This document shows, one piece after another, positions 36,251-45,482 of a DNA stretch of 64,000 nt. A program made the translations under genes and the position numbers. A model generated the notes under the pieces. It was not told the origin of the DNA. It did not search any database and was given only the letters and a program-made list of their open reading frames with translations. Within the stretch, counting starts at the first letter, position 1, and each line of letters opens with the position of its first letter. Origin of the DNA: an uncultured Lachnospiraceae bacterium (GTDB taxonomy: Bacteria > Bacillota > Clostridia > Lachnospirales > Lachnospiraceae); assembly GCA_949481375.1 (NCBI GenBank), contig CASYCI010000001.1:64001-128000 (forward strand), written 5' to 3'.

Positions 36251-36991
36251 TTATATCGCCATGCCGCCGTCCACTGCAAACACCTGCCCCGTAATATAAT
36301 CCGATTTCGGAGAAGCTAGAAATACCGCCATGTTTGCGACGTCTTCCGGCGTCCCCATTCGTCCAAGCGGGATTGCTTCCGTCATTTTTTCCCTAGCTTC
36401 CTGCGTCATAGCGTCTGTCATGTCCGTTGCAATCATGCCGGGCGCAATGGCATTGACCGTAATTCCCCGTGACGCAAGCTCTCTCGCCACGCTTTTTGTC
36501 AGACCTATCATGCCAGCTTTGCTCGATGCATAATTTGCCTGCCCCGCATTTCCCAAAATGCCGGAAACGGAAGAAATATTGATAATTTTCCCACTTCTCT
36601 GTTTTAAAAAATAACGGGATGCATGGCGTATCGTCTGAAATGCGCCTTTTAAATTCACCGAAATTACCTGATCAAATTCTTCTTCCGACATTTTCATCAA
36701 AAGACCGTCTTTTGTAATCCCAGCATTATTCACCAGAATATCTAAACGCCCATGCTTTTTGACGATTGCCTGAATCATTTCGCCACACGCCGCAAAATCC
36801 GCCACATTGCATGGATAAATCTCCGCCTTGCCGCCTGCCGAATAAATCTCATCTGCAACCGCCTGCGCCTTATCCGCCGAACCATTATAATTTATAATTA
36901 CCGCCGCGCCGCATTCCGCAAGGGATTTTGCAATCTGCGCGCCGATTCCGCGGCTTGCCCCTGTCACTAACGCGATTTTACCTGTCAACAT
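36251..36991 (-). CDS. fabG: 3-oxoacyl-ACP reductase
   Basis: MLTGKIALVTGASRGIG; SDR catalytic YxxxK (YASSKAG). Confidence 0.9.
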   Translation of the reverse strand: MLTGKIALVTGASRGIGAQIAKSLAECGAAVIINYNGSADKAQAVADEIYSAGGKAEIYPCNVADFAACGEMIQAIVKKHGRLDILVNNAGITKDGLLMKMSEEEFDQVISVNLKGAFQTIRHASRYFLKQRSGKIINISSVSGILGNAGQANYASSKAGMIGLTKSVARELASRGITVNAIAPGMIATDMTDAMTQEAREKMTEAIPLGRMGTPEDVANMAVFLASPKSDYITGQVFAVDGGMAI

Positions 36992-37892
36992 ACTTAATAA
37001 AATCCTCCAGCTTATCAATATTGTAAACCGTCATTTCCCGATTTATTTTCCGCATAAAGCCGGAAAGCGTCTTACCCGGCCCAATTTCCACAAACGTGTC
37101 CGCCCCGTCCGCAATTAAACGCTCTATTGTCTGCTGCCAGCGGACGCTGGACGCCACTTGTTTCGCCAAAAGCGGTTTTACCTCGGACGCTTCCGTCACA
37201 TAATCCGCTGTGACATTTGCTACATATGGAAGAAATGTATCCGCAATTTGCACTTCCTCAAGCGCCTGCGCAAGCTGCTCTCCAGCGCCGGAAAGCATCT
37301 GGGAATGGAACGGCCCGCTTACTTTTAAAGGCGCAATCCTTCTCGCGCCCGCTTCCTTTAAAGCCATGCCCGCCGCATCGACAGCCGCCTGCTCTCCGGT
37401 AATTACAATTTGCCCCGGGCAGTTATAATTTGCAATCGACACTATGCCTTCCGTCTTTTGGCAGATTTCTTCAATCGGAGCGGCTTCTAATCCCATCACA
37501 GCGCTCATCGCCCCGCCGGAAGGAACTGCGTTTTGCATAAAAATTCCTCTTTTTCGAATAATCGAAAATGCATCTTCCATTTCCATTACGCCGGAAGCTA
37601 TCAATGCCCCATACTCTCCCAGACTAAGCCCCGCCGTAACGTCTGGCGCAATTCCCTTTTCTTTTAAAGCGGCAAACAAAGCCGCTTCCGTTGCCAGCAT
37701 GGCAATCTGCGTGAACTCTGTGATATGGATTTTTTCATTTTCCTCAAAACAAAGTTTTGCAACGTCAAGACCGGAAGCTTTACTTGCCAACTCATACACT
37801 TCCCTGCACACCGGAAACGAATCATAAAATTCTTTCCCCATTCCCACATACTGGGAACCCTGACCGGGGAACATAAATACCAGCTTACCCAT
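36978..37892 (-). CDS. fabD: malonyl CoA-ACP transacylase
   Basis: MFPGQGSQYVGMG and GLSLGEYGAL active-site Ser motif. Confidence 0.9.
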   Translation of the reverse strand: MGKLVFMFPGQGSQYVGMGKEFYDSFPVCREVYELASKASGLDVAKLCFEENEKIHITEFTQIAMLATEAALFAALKEKGIAPDVTAGLSLGEYGALIASGVMEMEDAFSIIRKRGIFMQNAVPSGGAMSAVMGLEAAPIEEICQKTEGIVSIANYNCPGQIVITGEQAAVDAAGMALKEAGARRIAPLKVSGPFHSQMLSGAGEQLAQALEEVQIADTFLPYVANVTADYVTEASEVKPLLAKQVASSVRWQQTIERLIADGADTFVEIGPGKTLSGFMRKINREMTVYNIDKLEDFIKYVDR

Positions 37893-37910
37893 TTCTTTTC
37901 CTCTCTCCCA

Positions 37911-38840
37911 CTATCTGCCAAGCAGCTCTTTTGCTTGTTTTATAATTTCTTCTATCATTTCGCGGCAAGTCTGCTCTTTTCCTACCAAACCTGCAATCTG
38001 GCCTGCCATCAGGCTTCCATTGACCACATCGCCGTCCATTACGGCTTTCCGCAAAGAGCCTAACGTCAACTGCTCCAACTCATCAAGCCCCACGCCGTCC
38101 GCTTCCATTTTCAGGTATTCCCGCGTCATCTTATTCCTAAGAACGCGAATCGGATGTCCCGTGCTTCTTCCGGTCACTTCTGAATCAATGTCTTTTGCCT
38201 TAATTACTTTTTCTTTATAATTTTCATGCACAATAGATTCTTTTGCGACGATAAAACGCGTGCCCATCTGCGCCGCCTCGGCACCTAACATAAATGCAGC
38301 CGCAACGCCTCTCCCGTCTCCAATCCCTCCGGCTGCCACAACCGGAATATTTACTGCATCCACTATCTGGGGAACTAATGTCATTGTCGTCGCAGATCCA
38401 ATATGCCCGCCGGACTCTGTTCCTTCCGCCACAACCGCATCTGCGCCTGCTTTTTCCATCATACGCGCCATCGCTACGCTTGCTACAACAGGCATTACTG
38501 TTATCCCAGCGTTTTTCCATAATTCCATAAATTTAGCCGGATTCCCCGCTCCCGTCGTAACAACTTTTACGCCTTCCTCTGCGACAACCGAAGCCACCTC
38601 TGGGGCATTCGGGTTCATCAGCATGACATTTACGCCAAACGGCCGGTCTGTCCGCTCCCTTACCTTGCGGATCTGTTCCCTGACAACTTCCGCGGGCGCG
38701 CTGGCCGCCCCGATGATCCCAAGCCCTCCGGCTTCTGAAACAGCCGAAGCCAGATGATACTCAGCTACCCACGCCATGCCGCCTTGTATAATTGGATATT
38801 CTATTCCAAGCAATTCTGTTATCTTAGTTTTCAATCCCAT
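37911..38840 (-). CDS. fabK: enoyl-ACP reductase II (FMN-dependent, NPD family)
   Basis: ITELLGIEYPIIQGGMAWVA N-terminus. TIM-barrel nitronate monooxygenase-like fold in the fab operon context. Confidence 0.85.
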   Translation of the reverse strand: MGLKTKITELLGIEYPIIQGGMAWVAEYHLASAVSEAGGLGIIGAASAPAEVVREQIRKVRERTDRPFGVNVMLMNPNAPEVASVVAEEGVKVVTTGAGNPAKFMELWKNAGITVMPVVASVAMARMMEKAGADAVVAEGTESGGHIGSATTMTLVPQIVDAVNIPVVAAGGIGDGRGVAAAFMLGAEAAQMGTRFIVAKESIVHENYKEKVIKAKDIDSEVTGRSTGHPIRVLRNKMTREYLKMEADGVGLDELEQLTLGSLRKAVMDGDVVNGSLMAGQIAGLVGKEQTCREMIEEIIKQAKELLGR

Positions 38841-38841
38841 A

Positions 38842-39075
38842 TTAATCTTCCACGCCTTTAGCTTTCATATATTCCATAACATCATTTACTGTAGCGATTT
38901 TTTCTAAATCTTCTGACGGGATCTCAACGCCATATTCTTCTTCTAAACTCATGACTAATTCAAATAAATCTAAGGAATCTGCTCCTAAATCATCTTTGAA
39001 ATTACTTTCTGCGCTGATTTCTTCCTCATTGATGCTTAACTGCTCCGCAATGATTGTTTTTAATTTCTCTAACAT
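38842..39075 (-). CDS. acpP: acyl carrier protein
   Basis: 77 aa. [14 protein letters not shown] phosphopantetheine-attachment motif. Confidence 0.92.
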   Translation of the reverse strand: MLEKLKTIIAEQLSINEEEISAESNFKDDLGADSLDLFELVMSLEEEYGVEIPSEDLEKIATVNDVMEYMKAKGVED

Positions 39076-39104
39076 AACTGATTCTCCTTTTTAAGACATT
39101 TTTG

Positions 39105-39137
39105 ATTTGAAGTTCAAATGTTTTGATTGTCAAATTA
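39105..39137. promoter_or_regulatory. two adjacent FabT-box-like palindromes in the acpP/fab operon promoter
   Basis: ATTTGAAGTTCAAAT (39105-39119) and TTTTGATTGTCAAATT (39121-39136) fit the streptococcal FabT operator consensus AnTTTGAyTrTCAAAnT. They lie 30-60 bp upstream of the acpP start. Confidence 0.45.
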
Positions 39138-39235
39138 TTTGACAGGCAAAGTATAATACAGTAGGAAATAAATGTCAACTGCTAATTTGAATTAATATAA
39201 AAAATGTGGTAGGATTTTGGGGTGGCAAAATACGC

Positions 39236-39459
39236 AAAAAAGAGCCGTCTATGCTAGCGGGGCTGTGTTCTGGGATTAAGGGGTTCTAATGTGTTCCTTC
39301 TGCTTTTTGGTTTCGGACGCAACCACTGCAGACACGCCTTCCATGGCGTGGCTGCAGTTTGCCCTGCCGTCCATGGCAGGGCATTGCTGTATGTTGCAGG
39401 AACACATAAGAATCCCTAAATCCCATCACAATGCCCCGCTAGCATAGACGGCTTTTTTG
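39236..39459. repeat. structured intergenic element, copy A (candidate structured RNA or miniature element inserted in a hairpin loop)
   Basis: Perfect 20-bp terminal stem GCCGTCTATGCTAGCGGGGC / GCCCCGCTAGCATAGACGGC, flanked by A6 and T6. Inner arms GGGATTAAGGGGTTCTAA / TAAGAATCCCTAAATCCC. Internal hairpins CACGCC-TTCCAT-GGCGTG and CCCTGCC-GTCCAT-GGCAGGG. Homologous to copies B and C. Confidence 0.6.
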
Positions 39460-39837
39460 CGGCGCTTTGGCTGAATTTACTTTTTTATATTATATCGGTG
39501 GCGCTTAAGGGTGTATGGCTATACGGTTGGCTGTGAATGTTATCTGCTAATTCGCAGGCTAAAATGTACTTTGTTTTTTTATGTTATAACTATGTGTGTG
39601 TTGTGGGTTCTATATTGACTTGTTTTACTTTTGCTGTTTTGTTACCTTGTTTCGCTTTTGTTGGTTTCATTGATTGGTTTGTTTCGCTTTTGCTGTTTTT
39701 AAAGCTGGAATTTGGGCTGGAATTGATATGTTTTGGGAGGTTTGCGCATTCTGTAAGTATGTGTTTCTTTTTTGGCGGGTTATTTTGTTTCTGTTTGTAA
39801 ATGCTTTTTTATGATGGGATTCTTTTGAAAGGAGGTT

Positions 39838-40557
39838 TTGATGGATACTATTTTGTTGTTGGAAGATGAGGAGAGTTTGCGGAGGGGGATCTGTTTTAAA
39901 TTGGAAAAGGAAGGGTATCGGGTGTTTTCTTGTGGCTCGGTGGCGGAGGGTAAGCGGTTGTTTCGTTCGCATGAAATTGGGCTTGTGTTATGTGATATTA
40001 CTTTAACGGACGGAAGCGGGATTTCGTTTTGCAGGTATTTACGTGAGGATTTGCATGATGATGTGCGGTTTATTTTTTTGACTGCGATGGATTCGGAAGT
40101 TGATATTGTGATGGGTTATGATACGGGCGCAGATGATTATGTGACGAAACCGTTTAGCCTTGCTGTGTTGATGTCGAAGGTGCATTCGGTGTTTAAACGT
40201 TTGAATATGCATTCGGATTCTGGAGCGGGGAACGGGCAGACTGTTTTTGTTTCTGGGAAGCTGACTTATTATCCAAATGAAATGCGGCTTTTGGTGGATC
40301 ATGCGCCTGTGACGCTGACGAAAAATGAGTATCGGCTGTTACAGTTGTTTTTGAATTATCCTAGGCAGATTTTGTCGAAAACGCAGATTCTTGAACAGAT
40401 TTTTGATGCAGATGGGCATTTTGTTGATGATAATACAGTTGCGGTGAATATCCGGCGGCTGAGAGCGAAAATTTTGGATAGTGATGATAACCGGATGATT
40501 CGGAATGTCCGGGGAATGGGGTATGTATGGGATTGCGAAGTCATGCAAAAAATGTGA
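39838..40557 (+). CDS. OmpR-family response regulator
   Basis: Receiver domain (LLLEDEESLR...LVLCDITLTDGSG...DDYVTKPF) plus winged-helix C-terminus. Confidence 0.9.
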   Translation: MMDTILLLEDEESLRRGICFKLEKEGYRVFSCGSVAEGKRLFRSHEIGLVLCDITLTDGSGISFCRYLREDLHDDVRFIFLTAMDSEVDIVMGYDTGADDYVTKPFSLAVLMSKVHSVFKRLNMHSDSGAGNGQTVFVSGKLTYYPNEMRLLVDHAPVTLTKNEYRLLQLFLNYPRQILSKTQILEQIFDADGHFVDDNTVAVNIRRLRAKILDSDDNRMIRNVRGMGYVWDCEVMQKM

Positions 40558-41759
40558 GTTTTGTGTTTTTGTTTGGCATTATGCTTGTTTTGTTTACGGC
40601 GTTTTTGGATTTTTGGGTTTTGAGGGAGCTGAAACGCAGTTATCAGGAAACGGAACTGGTGATTATGGGCATTGCGGGTAGCAATGAAGCGGGTAGCGGG
40701 CTTTTACGCTGGCAGAAGGAGGCGCCGGATGCGGATTGGCTTTTGTCGGGAGAACGTCTGATGGGTTTTTATGGGTATGATTTGGAAACGGACACTGTTT
40801 GGGATAGGAAGTTTTCGGAGGCTAGGCGTGGCGTACTGATTGTGTCTGTTTGTTTGGATTTGGCGCTGTTTGCGGCTTTTGCCGCTATTTGGCGTCGGAG
40901 GGAAAAGGGGAATGCGGTTATTTTTATGGAGTTGGAATCTGTGTTCCGAAAGCTTCAAACGACGGATTCTCTCCGGCCGGAGTTTGAGTTTACGCATTTT
41001 GACGAGGTTTTGAAGGATCGCATTCTTTCTTTATGGGAACAGATTCAGACGGATCGGGAATGTTTGATCCGGGAGAAGGAGACAACGAAGGCGCTTGTGA
41101 CGGATATTTCCCATCAGTTGAAAACGCCTGTCGCCGCTTTGAAAACTAGTATGGAATTGCTTGCATCAGAAGATCTTACGCAAGAGGAGGAGGACGAATT
41201 TTATGAAAACTGCCTATATCAACTGAATGGGCTTGAAAATCTGACGAAGGCGCTTGTTAATGTTTCCCGTATGGAAAAAGGCATGATCGAGCTTCATATG
41301 GAGCCTTGTGATCTGAATGAAACTATTTTGGACGCCGTCAACAGGCTGTACGGGAAGGCGGCGGCAAAGGGCATTTTGATTGAAATGTCTGAGGATTCGC
41401 CGAAATATCCTGTTATTGTAAGACAGGATAGGAAGTGGACGACGGAAACGCTTGTTAATCTTATTGACAATGCGATTAAATATAGCGGCGCAGACACGAA
41501 GATCTGCATTCATGTGGAATGCCTGACGAATTTTGTCCGGATCGACGTTGAGGACGAAGGAATCGGGATTCCAAAATCGGAGTATCATAAAATTTTTAAA
41601 CGGTTTTACCGCGGGAAAGCGGTTTCTATGGTGGAAGGGTCCGGCATCGGGCTTTATCTTGCCAGAGAAATTATGGAAAGGCAAAGCGGCGCTGTTTTTG
41701 TCCGGTCGAAGCCTAGCGGGAAACGGGGCTGTATTTTTTCGATACAGTTACCGAAGTAG
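40527..41759 (+). CDS. sensor histidine kinase (2 TM, ~70-aa extracytoplasmic loop, HisKA + HATPase_c)
   Basis: H-box DISHQLKTPVAAL, N-box LIDNAIKYS, G-boxes DEGIGI and GSGIGL. Overlaps the response regulator gene end. Confidence 0.85.
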   Translation: MGLRSHAKNVSFVFLFGIMLVLFTAFLDFWVLRELKRSYQETELVIMGIAGSNEAGSGLLRWQKEAPDADWLLSGERLMGFYGYDLETDTVWDRKFSEARRGVLIVSVCLDLALFAAFAAIWRRREKGNAVIFMELESVFRKLQTTDSLRPEFEFTHFDEVLKDRILSLWEQIQTDRECLIREKETTKALVTDISHQLKTPVAALKTSMELLASEDLTQEEEDEFYENCLYQLNGLENLTKALVNVSRMEKGMIELHMEPCDLNETILDAVNRLYGKAAAKGILIEMSEDSPKYPVIVRQDRKWTTETLVNLIDNAIKYSGADTKICIHVECLTNFVRIDVEDEGIGIPKSEYHKIFKRFYRGKAVSMVEGSGIGLYLAREIMERQSGAVFVRSKPSGKRGCIFSIQLPK

Positions 41760-42098
41760 CTCCTCCCATTCGGTTTCTTTAAATCCGACGAGAACTGACG
41801 TCTCGGAAATGAGGAGCGGGCGTTTGACTAGCATTCCGTCTGTCGCTAAAAGCTCAAACTGCTCCTCCTCGCTCATTTCTTTTAGTTTGTCTTTTAATTT
41901 CAGTTCTTTATAGAGGTTTCCGCTTGTATTGAAAAAACGCTTGAGTGGAAGCTTGCTTTTTTTCTGCCATTCTTTTAATTCTTCCGCAGTTGGGTTTTCT
42001 TCTCTGATTGGACGCGTTTCATATGAAATCCCGTTTTCGTCCAGCCAGTTTTTTGCTTTTTTACATGTGCTGCATTTTGCATATTCGATAAATGTCAT
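41748..42098 (-). CDS. ArsC/Spx-family protein (YffB-like thioredoxin-fold)
   Basis: 116 aa. N-terminal CSTC motif in MTFIEYAKCSTCKKAKNWL, typical of the ArsC/Spx family. Confidence 0.7.
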   Translation of the reverse strand: MTFIEYAKCSTCKKAKNWLDENGISYETRPIREENPTAEELKEWQKKSKLPLKRFFNTSGNLYKELKLKDKLKEMSEEEQFELLATDGMLVKRPLLISETSVLVGFKETEWEELLR

Positions 42099-42197
42099 TG
42101 TTTTCCTCCATGTTTTCTGTTTTTTTCGTTTGGGGCTGTTTTTATTATGTCTTGTTTGGATAGAAAAATCAAGGAGAAGAAAACTTTTTTCTTTTCT

Positions 42198-42211
42198 TAC
42201 AAATCTGTAAG
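42198..42211. promoter_or_regulatory. BceR-type response-regulator operator (TNACA-N4-TGTNA) upstream of the ABC/FtsX operon
   Basis: TTACAAATCTGTAA about 80 nt upstream of the ABC ATPase start. A second half-site-like TGTAAG lies at 42227-42232. Confidence 0.4.
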
Positions 42212-42291
42212 ACTTTTTTTCTTTTTTGTAAGCGAACGGAAAGAAAACGGCGTTATACTAATTCCATCAAGCAAAACACAGGAGGTTTTTT

Positions 42292-42978
42292 ATGAATACA
42301 ATTTTACAGACGAAAGACTTATGCAAATACTATGGCAAAGGCGATAATGAGGTAAAAGCTGTCAACCACACGAATATTTCGGTTGAAAAAGGTGAGTTTG
42401 CCGCAATCGTTGGGAAATCCGGTTCTGGGAAGTCTACGCTGCTCCATCTTTTGGGCGGGCTGGATTATCCAACCTGCGGGGAAGTCATCATCGGGACGCA
42501 GTCTATTTTTTCTATGAAGGAAAATGAACTTTCTGCATTCCGCAGACGCAAAATTGGATTTGTATTCCAATCGTTTAACCTTGTGACTTCGATTAATGTC
42601 TGGGAAAATATTGTCTTGCCGATTGGGCTGGATCATAAAAAGGCGGACGTTGCTTTTATTGAGGATATTATATGCGCGCTGGGCTTAACGGAAAAACGCA
42701 ACAGTATGCCGAACACCCTTTCCGGAGGCCAGCAGCAACGTGTGGCGATTGCGCGCGCGCTTGCCGCAAAGCCGGACATTATCCTCGCAGATGAACCGAC
42801 CGGAAATCTTGACAGCAAAACCAGCATGGAAGTGATGAATCTTTTAAAAGTTTCTGTCAAAAAGTATGGGCAGACTTTAATTATGATTACCCATGATGAA
42901 GAACTGGCGCAGATGGCGGATCGGATTTTAATCATTGAAGACGGCGTTGTGGCAGAAAATGAAAGGGAGGCGTTTTAA
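42292..42978 (+). CDS. ABC transporter ATP-binding protein (BceA/MacB-type)
   Basis: Walker A GKSGSGKST, signature LSGGQQQR, Walker B ILADEPTGNLD. Confidence 0.9.
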   Translation: MNTILQTKDLCKYYGKGDNEVKAVNHTNISVEKGEFAAIVGKSGSGKSTLLHLLGGLDYPTCGEVIIGTQSIFSMKENELSAFRRRKIGFVFQSFNLVTSINVWENIVLPIGLDHKKADVAFIEDIICALGLTEKRNSMPNTLSGGQQQRVAIARALAAKPDIILADEPTGNLDSKTSMEVMNLLKVSVKKYGQTLIMITHDEELAQMADRILIIEDGVVAENEREAF

Positions 42979-45372
42979 ATGAAGACGACGACTAAACTTG
43001 CCCTTAGCAGCATGAAATCAGGAAAAACGAGAAGCCTTTTGACCGGAATCGCTATCTTTTTGACGACTACTCTTCTGACTGTGATTTCTTTTGGCTGTAA
43101 AGCGTTAATTCAACAGCAAATCGACAGCGCAGGGGAAACATATGGAGAGCATTTTGGCATATTCAGCCAGCTTTCTCCGGAACAGGCGGACGCCGTGATG
43201 CTTCATTCCCAGTTTTATGATACTGGCATCCAGCAATATGCGGCGGAGGGCGTCTGCAAGGGCTATCGGATCAATTATTACCGGACGGACGACGGTATGC
43301 GGAAATTATCGCATTTTACACTTGATTCGGGGGAATACCCGAAGGCGGAGAATGAGCTGATTGCCCAAAAAGAGTTTTTTATGGTACATGGTTTAAAAAA
43401 TCCAAAGCTAGGCGACTCTATTACGGTTCCTATCCGCATAAATGGGGAAGGGACGATTTTGGAACAGGAATTTTCCATCAGCGGTTTTCTTCCTTCTTCC
43501 GATTCAAATGACCTCGCAAAACAATACAGCGCATATGTTTCGAAAGCCTTTTTAGACCGCTATATCCCGAATCCCGATGACAGACTTACTTTTATGGGAT
43601 TTAAGGTTTTAAACGGCGAACGGTTAAATTCGTCAGAAATGGCTGAAAAAATAAAAAAGCTTGCAGAAGGCATCGGCATAGAGAAAAGTCAGGTAAGCGT
43701 AAATGAAGATTATCTGTTTTGGTCTTTAGAGCCAAACACGGAAGTGATTCTGCCAAGCGTATGTATTCTTTTGATTATTATGTTTATGTCAGCGCTTGTC
43801 ATCTACAATATCTTCCACGTGTCGATTATCCAAAAAATAAGGGAATATGGACGGTTAAAAGCGCTTGGCGCAAACCAAAAACAGTTAAAAAGCATTATCC
43901 GGACGGAAGGATTGATTCTATCCGCCGCCGCAGCGCCAGCGGGAATCTTACTTGGACTGCTTATTTTAAAAATTTGGTTAAACGCTTTCCTTAAAATAGA
44001 AACCACTGTTTTTTCATTGCCACTGACTGCTCTGGTGATTCTGCTGACTGTCTGCACAGTTTATTTATCTATGCGAAAGCCTATGCGCATGGCGGCGAAA
44101 ACTTCTCCGGTGGAAGCGATCCGATTTGAAACGGATAAAAAAGAAACGTTACGCAAAGGAAAAACCAATGTGACTGTGAAAAGCCTGACCCTGTCAAGCC
44201 TCACACTGCATAAAAAACAGACGATTACGACGATTTTAACCATGGGACTTTCCTGTATTCTGTTTGTCGTCATTGCCAATGTCGCAGGCAATATGAGCGC
44301 AGAGCGGCAGGCGCGGGAGGATATTGAATATGGCCGGTTCCGGATAGAACTGGATGCAAAATTAGACGATAAAGATTATCCGGAAAATAACTTAAATGAA
44401 ATACAAAAACAAGCGCCTTTTGACGAATCCTTTCTAAACCGCCTGCGTTCTATTCCGGGCGTGACGGAAGTGCGGACAAGAAAGCTGATAAAAGCCTATG
44501 AAAAAAATAAAAATACAGGAGTAAACATTTATTCTGCAATTTCCGTCGTAACGGAAGAAGAATTTGACTGGCTTGCGCGAAACGCCGAGCGGGGCGAAGT
44601 GGATTATCGGAACACTGCCGCTAAAGATGGCGTGATTTATATGTATGACCACTTTTTAGATGAGGAATATCAGATTGGAGACACTTATGAATGTGAGATT
44701 GCAGACGGTGATCAGACGGTTCCTTTTTCGGGTCCGATTCTTGGAAGCTGCGGCCATTCGAATGATTCCACGATTACAATGACGGAAGACACTTTCCGGA
44801 AACTGGGGATCAAAACAGATATGACTTCCATTCTGTTTGTGGACTGTGACGAAAAAGACGAAGCTTCTGTAAAAAAGGAGCTTGAAAACATTACCGGAAC
44901 CATGGAGCATATTTCTCTGAATACGTTGGAGAATAAGACGAAACTTCTGGATTTAGCGATTTCGTTTACGAAAAGCGGGTGCTATACGTTTTTGATCATA
45001 TTGGGCGTAATTGGATTTATGAATATGGCGAATACGATGATTACGAATATTCTGACGCGGAAGCGTGAATTTGGCATTATGCAGGCGATTGGCATGAGCA
45101 ACAGACAGTTAAACCAGATGTTACAGTTAGAAGGGCTTGTTTTTACGGTGGGAACTTTGTTTATTTCCATGCTTTTGGGCAATATTTTAGGATATTACGC
45201 GTTTTTGCTGTGCAGGGAAAACGGAGTAATCGGCTTGTTTGAATATCATCTGCCGCTTCCAGAACTTGGCTTTTTGACCGTTGGCATTCTGGCGCTTCAA
45301 GGAATCTTAGCTTCCACGTTAAGCAAAAATGTAAAAAAAGAATCGCTTGTCGAGAGGATTCGGTGTGAGTAA
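42979..45372 (+). CDS. FtsX-family ABC transporter permease (BceB-like, two FtsX domains, large extracellular domain)
   Basis: 797 aa. ATG directly follows the ATPase stop. 10 TM helices in 4+6 arrangement with two FtsX-like modules. Confidence 0.85.
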   Translation: MKTTTKLALSSMKSGKTRSLLTGIAIFLTTTLLTVISFGCKALIQQQIDSAGETYGEHFGIFSQLSPEQADAVMLHSQFYDTGIQQYAAEGVCKGYRINYYRTDDGMRKLSHFTLDSGEYPKAENELIAQKEFFMVHGLKNPKLGDSITVPIRINGEGTILEQEFSISGFLPSSDSNDLAKQYSAYVSKAFLDRYIPNPDDRLTFMGFKVLNGERLNSSEMAEKIKKLAEGIGIEKSQVSVNEDYLFWSLEPNTEVILPSVCILLIIMFMSALVIYNIFHVSIIQKIREYGRLKALGANQKQLKSIIRTEGLILSAAAAPAGILLGLLILKIWLNAFLKIETTVFSLPLTALVILLTVCTVYLSMRKPMRMAAKTSPVEAIRFETDKKETLRKGKTNVTVKSLTLSSLTLHKKQTITTILTMGLSCILFVVIANVAGNMSAERQAREDIEYGRFRIELDAKLDDKDYPENNLNEIQKQAPFDESFLNRLRSIPGVTEVRTRKLIKAYEKNKNTGVNIYSAISVVTEEEFDWLARNAERGEVDYRNTAAKDGVIYMYDHFLDEEYQIGDTYECEIADGDQTVPFSGPILGSCGHSNDSTITMTEDTFRKLGIKTDMTSILFVDCDEKDEASVKKELENITGTMEHISLNTLENKTKLLDLAISFTKSGCYTFLIILGVIGFMNMANTMITNILTRKREFGIMQAIGMSNRQLNQMLQLEGLVFTVGTLFISMLLGNILGYYAFLLCRENGVIGLFEYHLPLPELGFLTVGILALQGILASTLSKNVKKESLVERIRCE

Positions 45373-45391
45373 AAGAGAGAGCGCATAAATA

Positions 45392-45424
45392 AAACCGCCC
45401 GTTACTGCCAATAACGGGCGGTTT
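45392..45424. terminator. bidirectional hairpin terminator between convergent FtsX permease and MCP genes
   Basis: AAACCGCCCGTTA...TAACGGGCGGTTT, a 13-bp perfect stem. Confidence 0.6.
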
Positions 45425-45482
45425 CCAGCATAAACCGGAAAAAACCAGCCTACTGTTTCGTTTTTGTCACGCAATGCCTAAC

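Noticed and set aside
39537-39800. 87-aa ORF called in the G+T-rich tract
   Set aside because: The translation is Phe/Leu/Cys/Val low-complexity, produced by strand-biased composition, and has no RBS. I treat it as non-coding.
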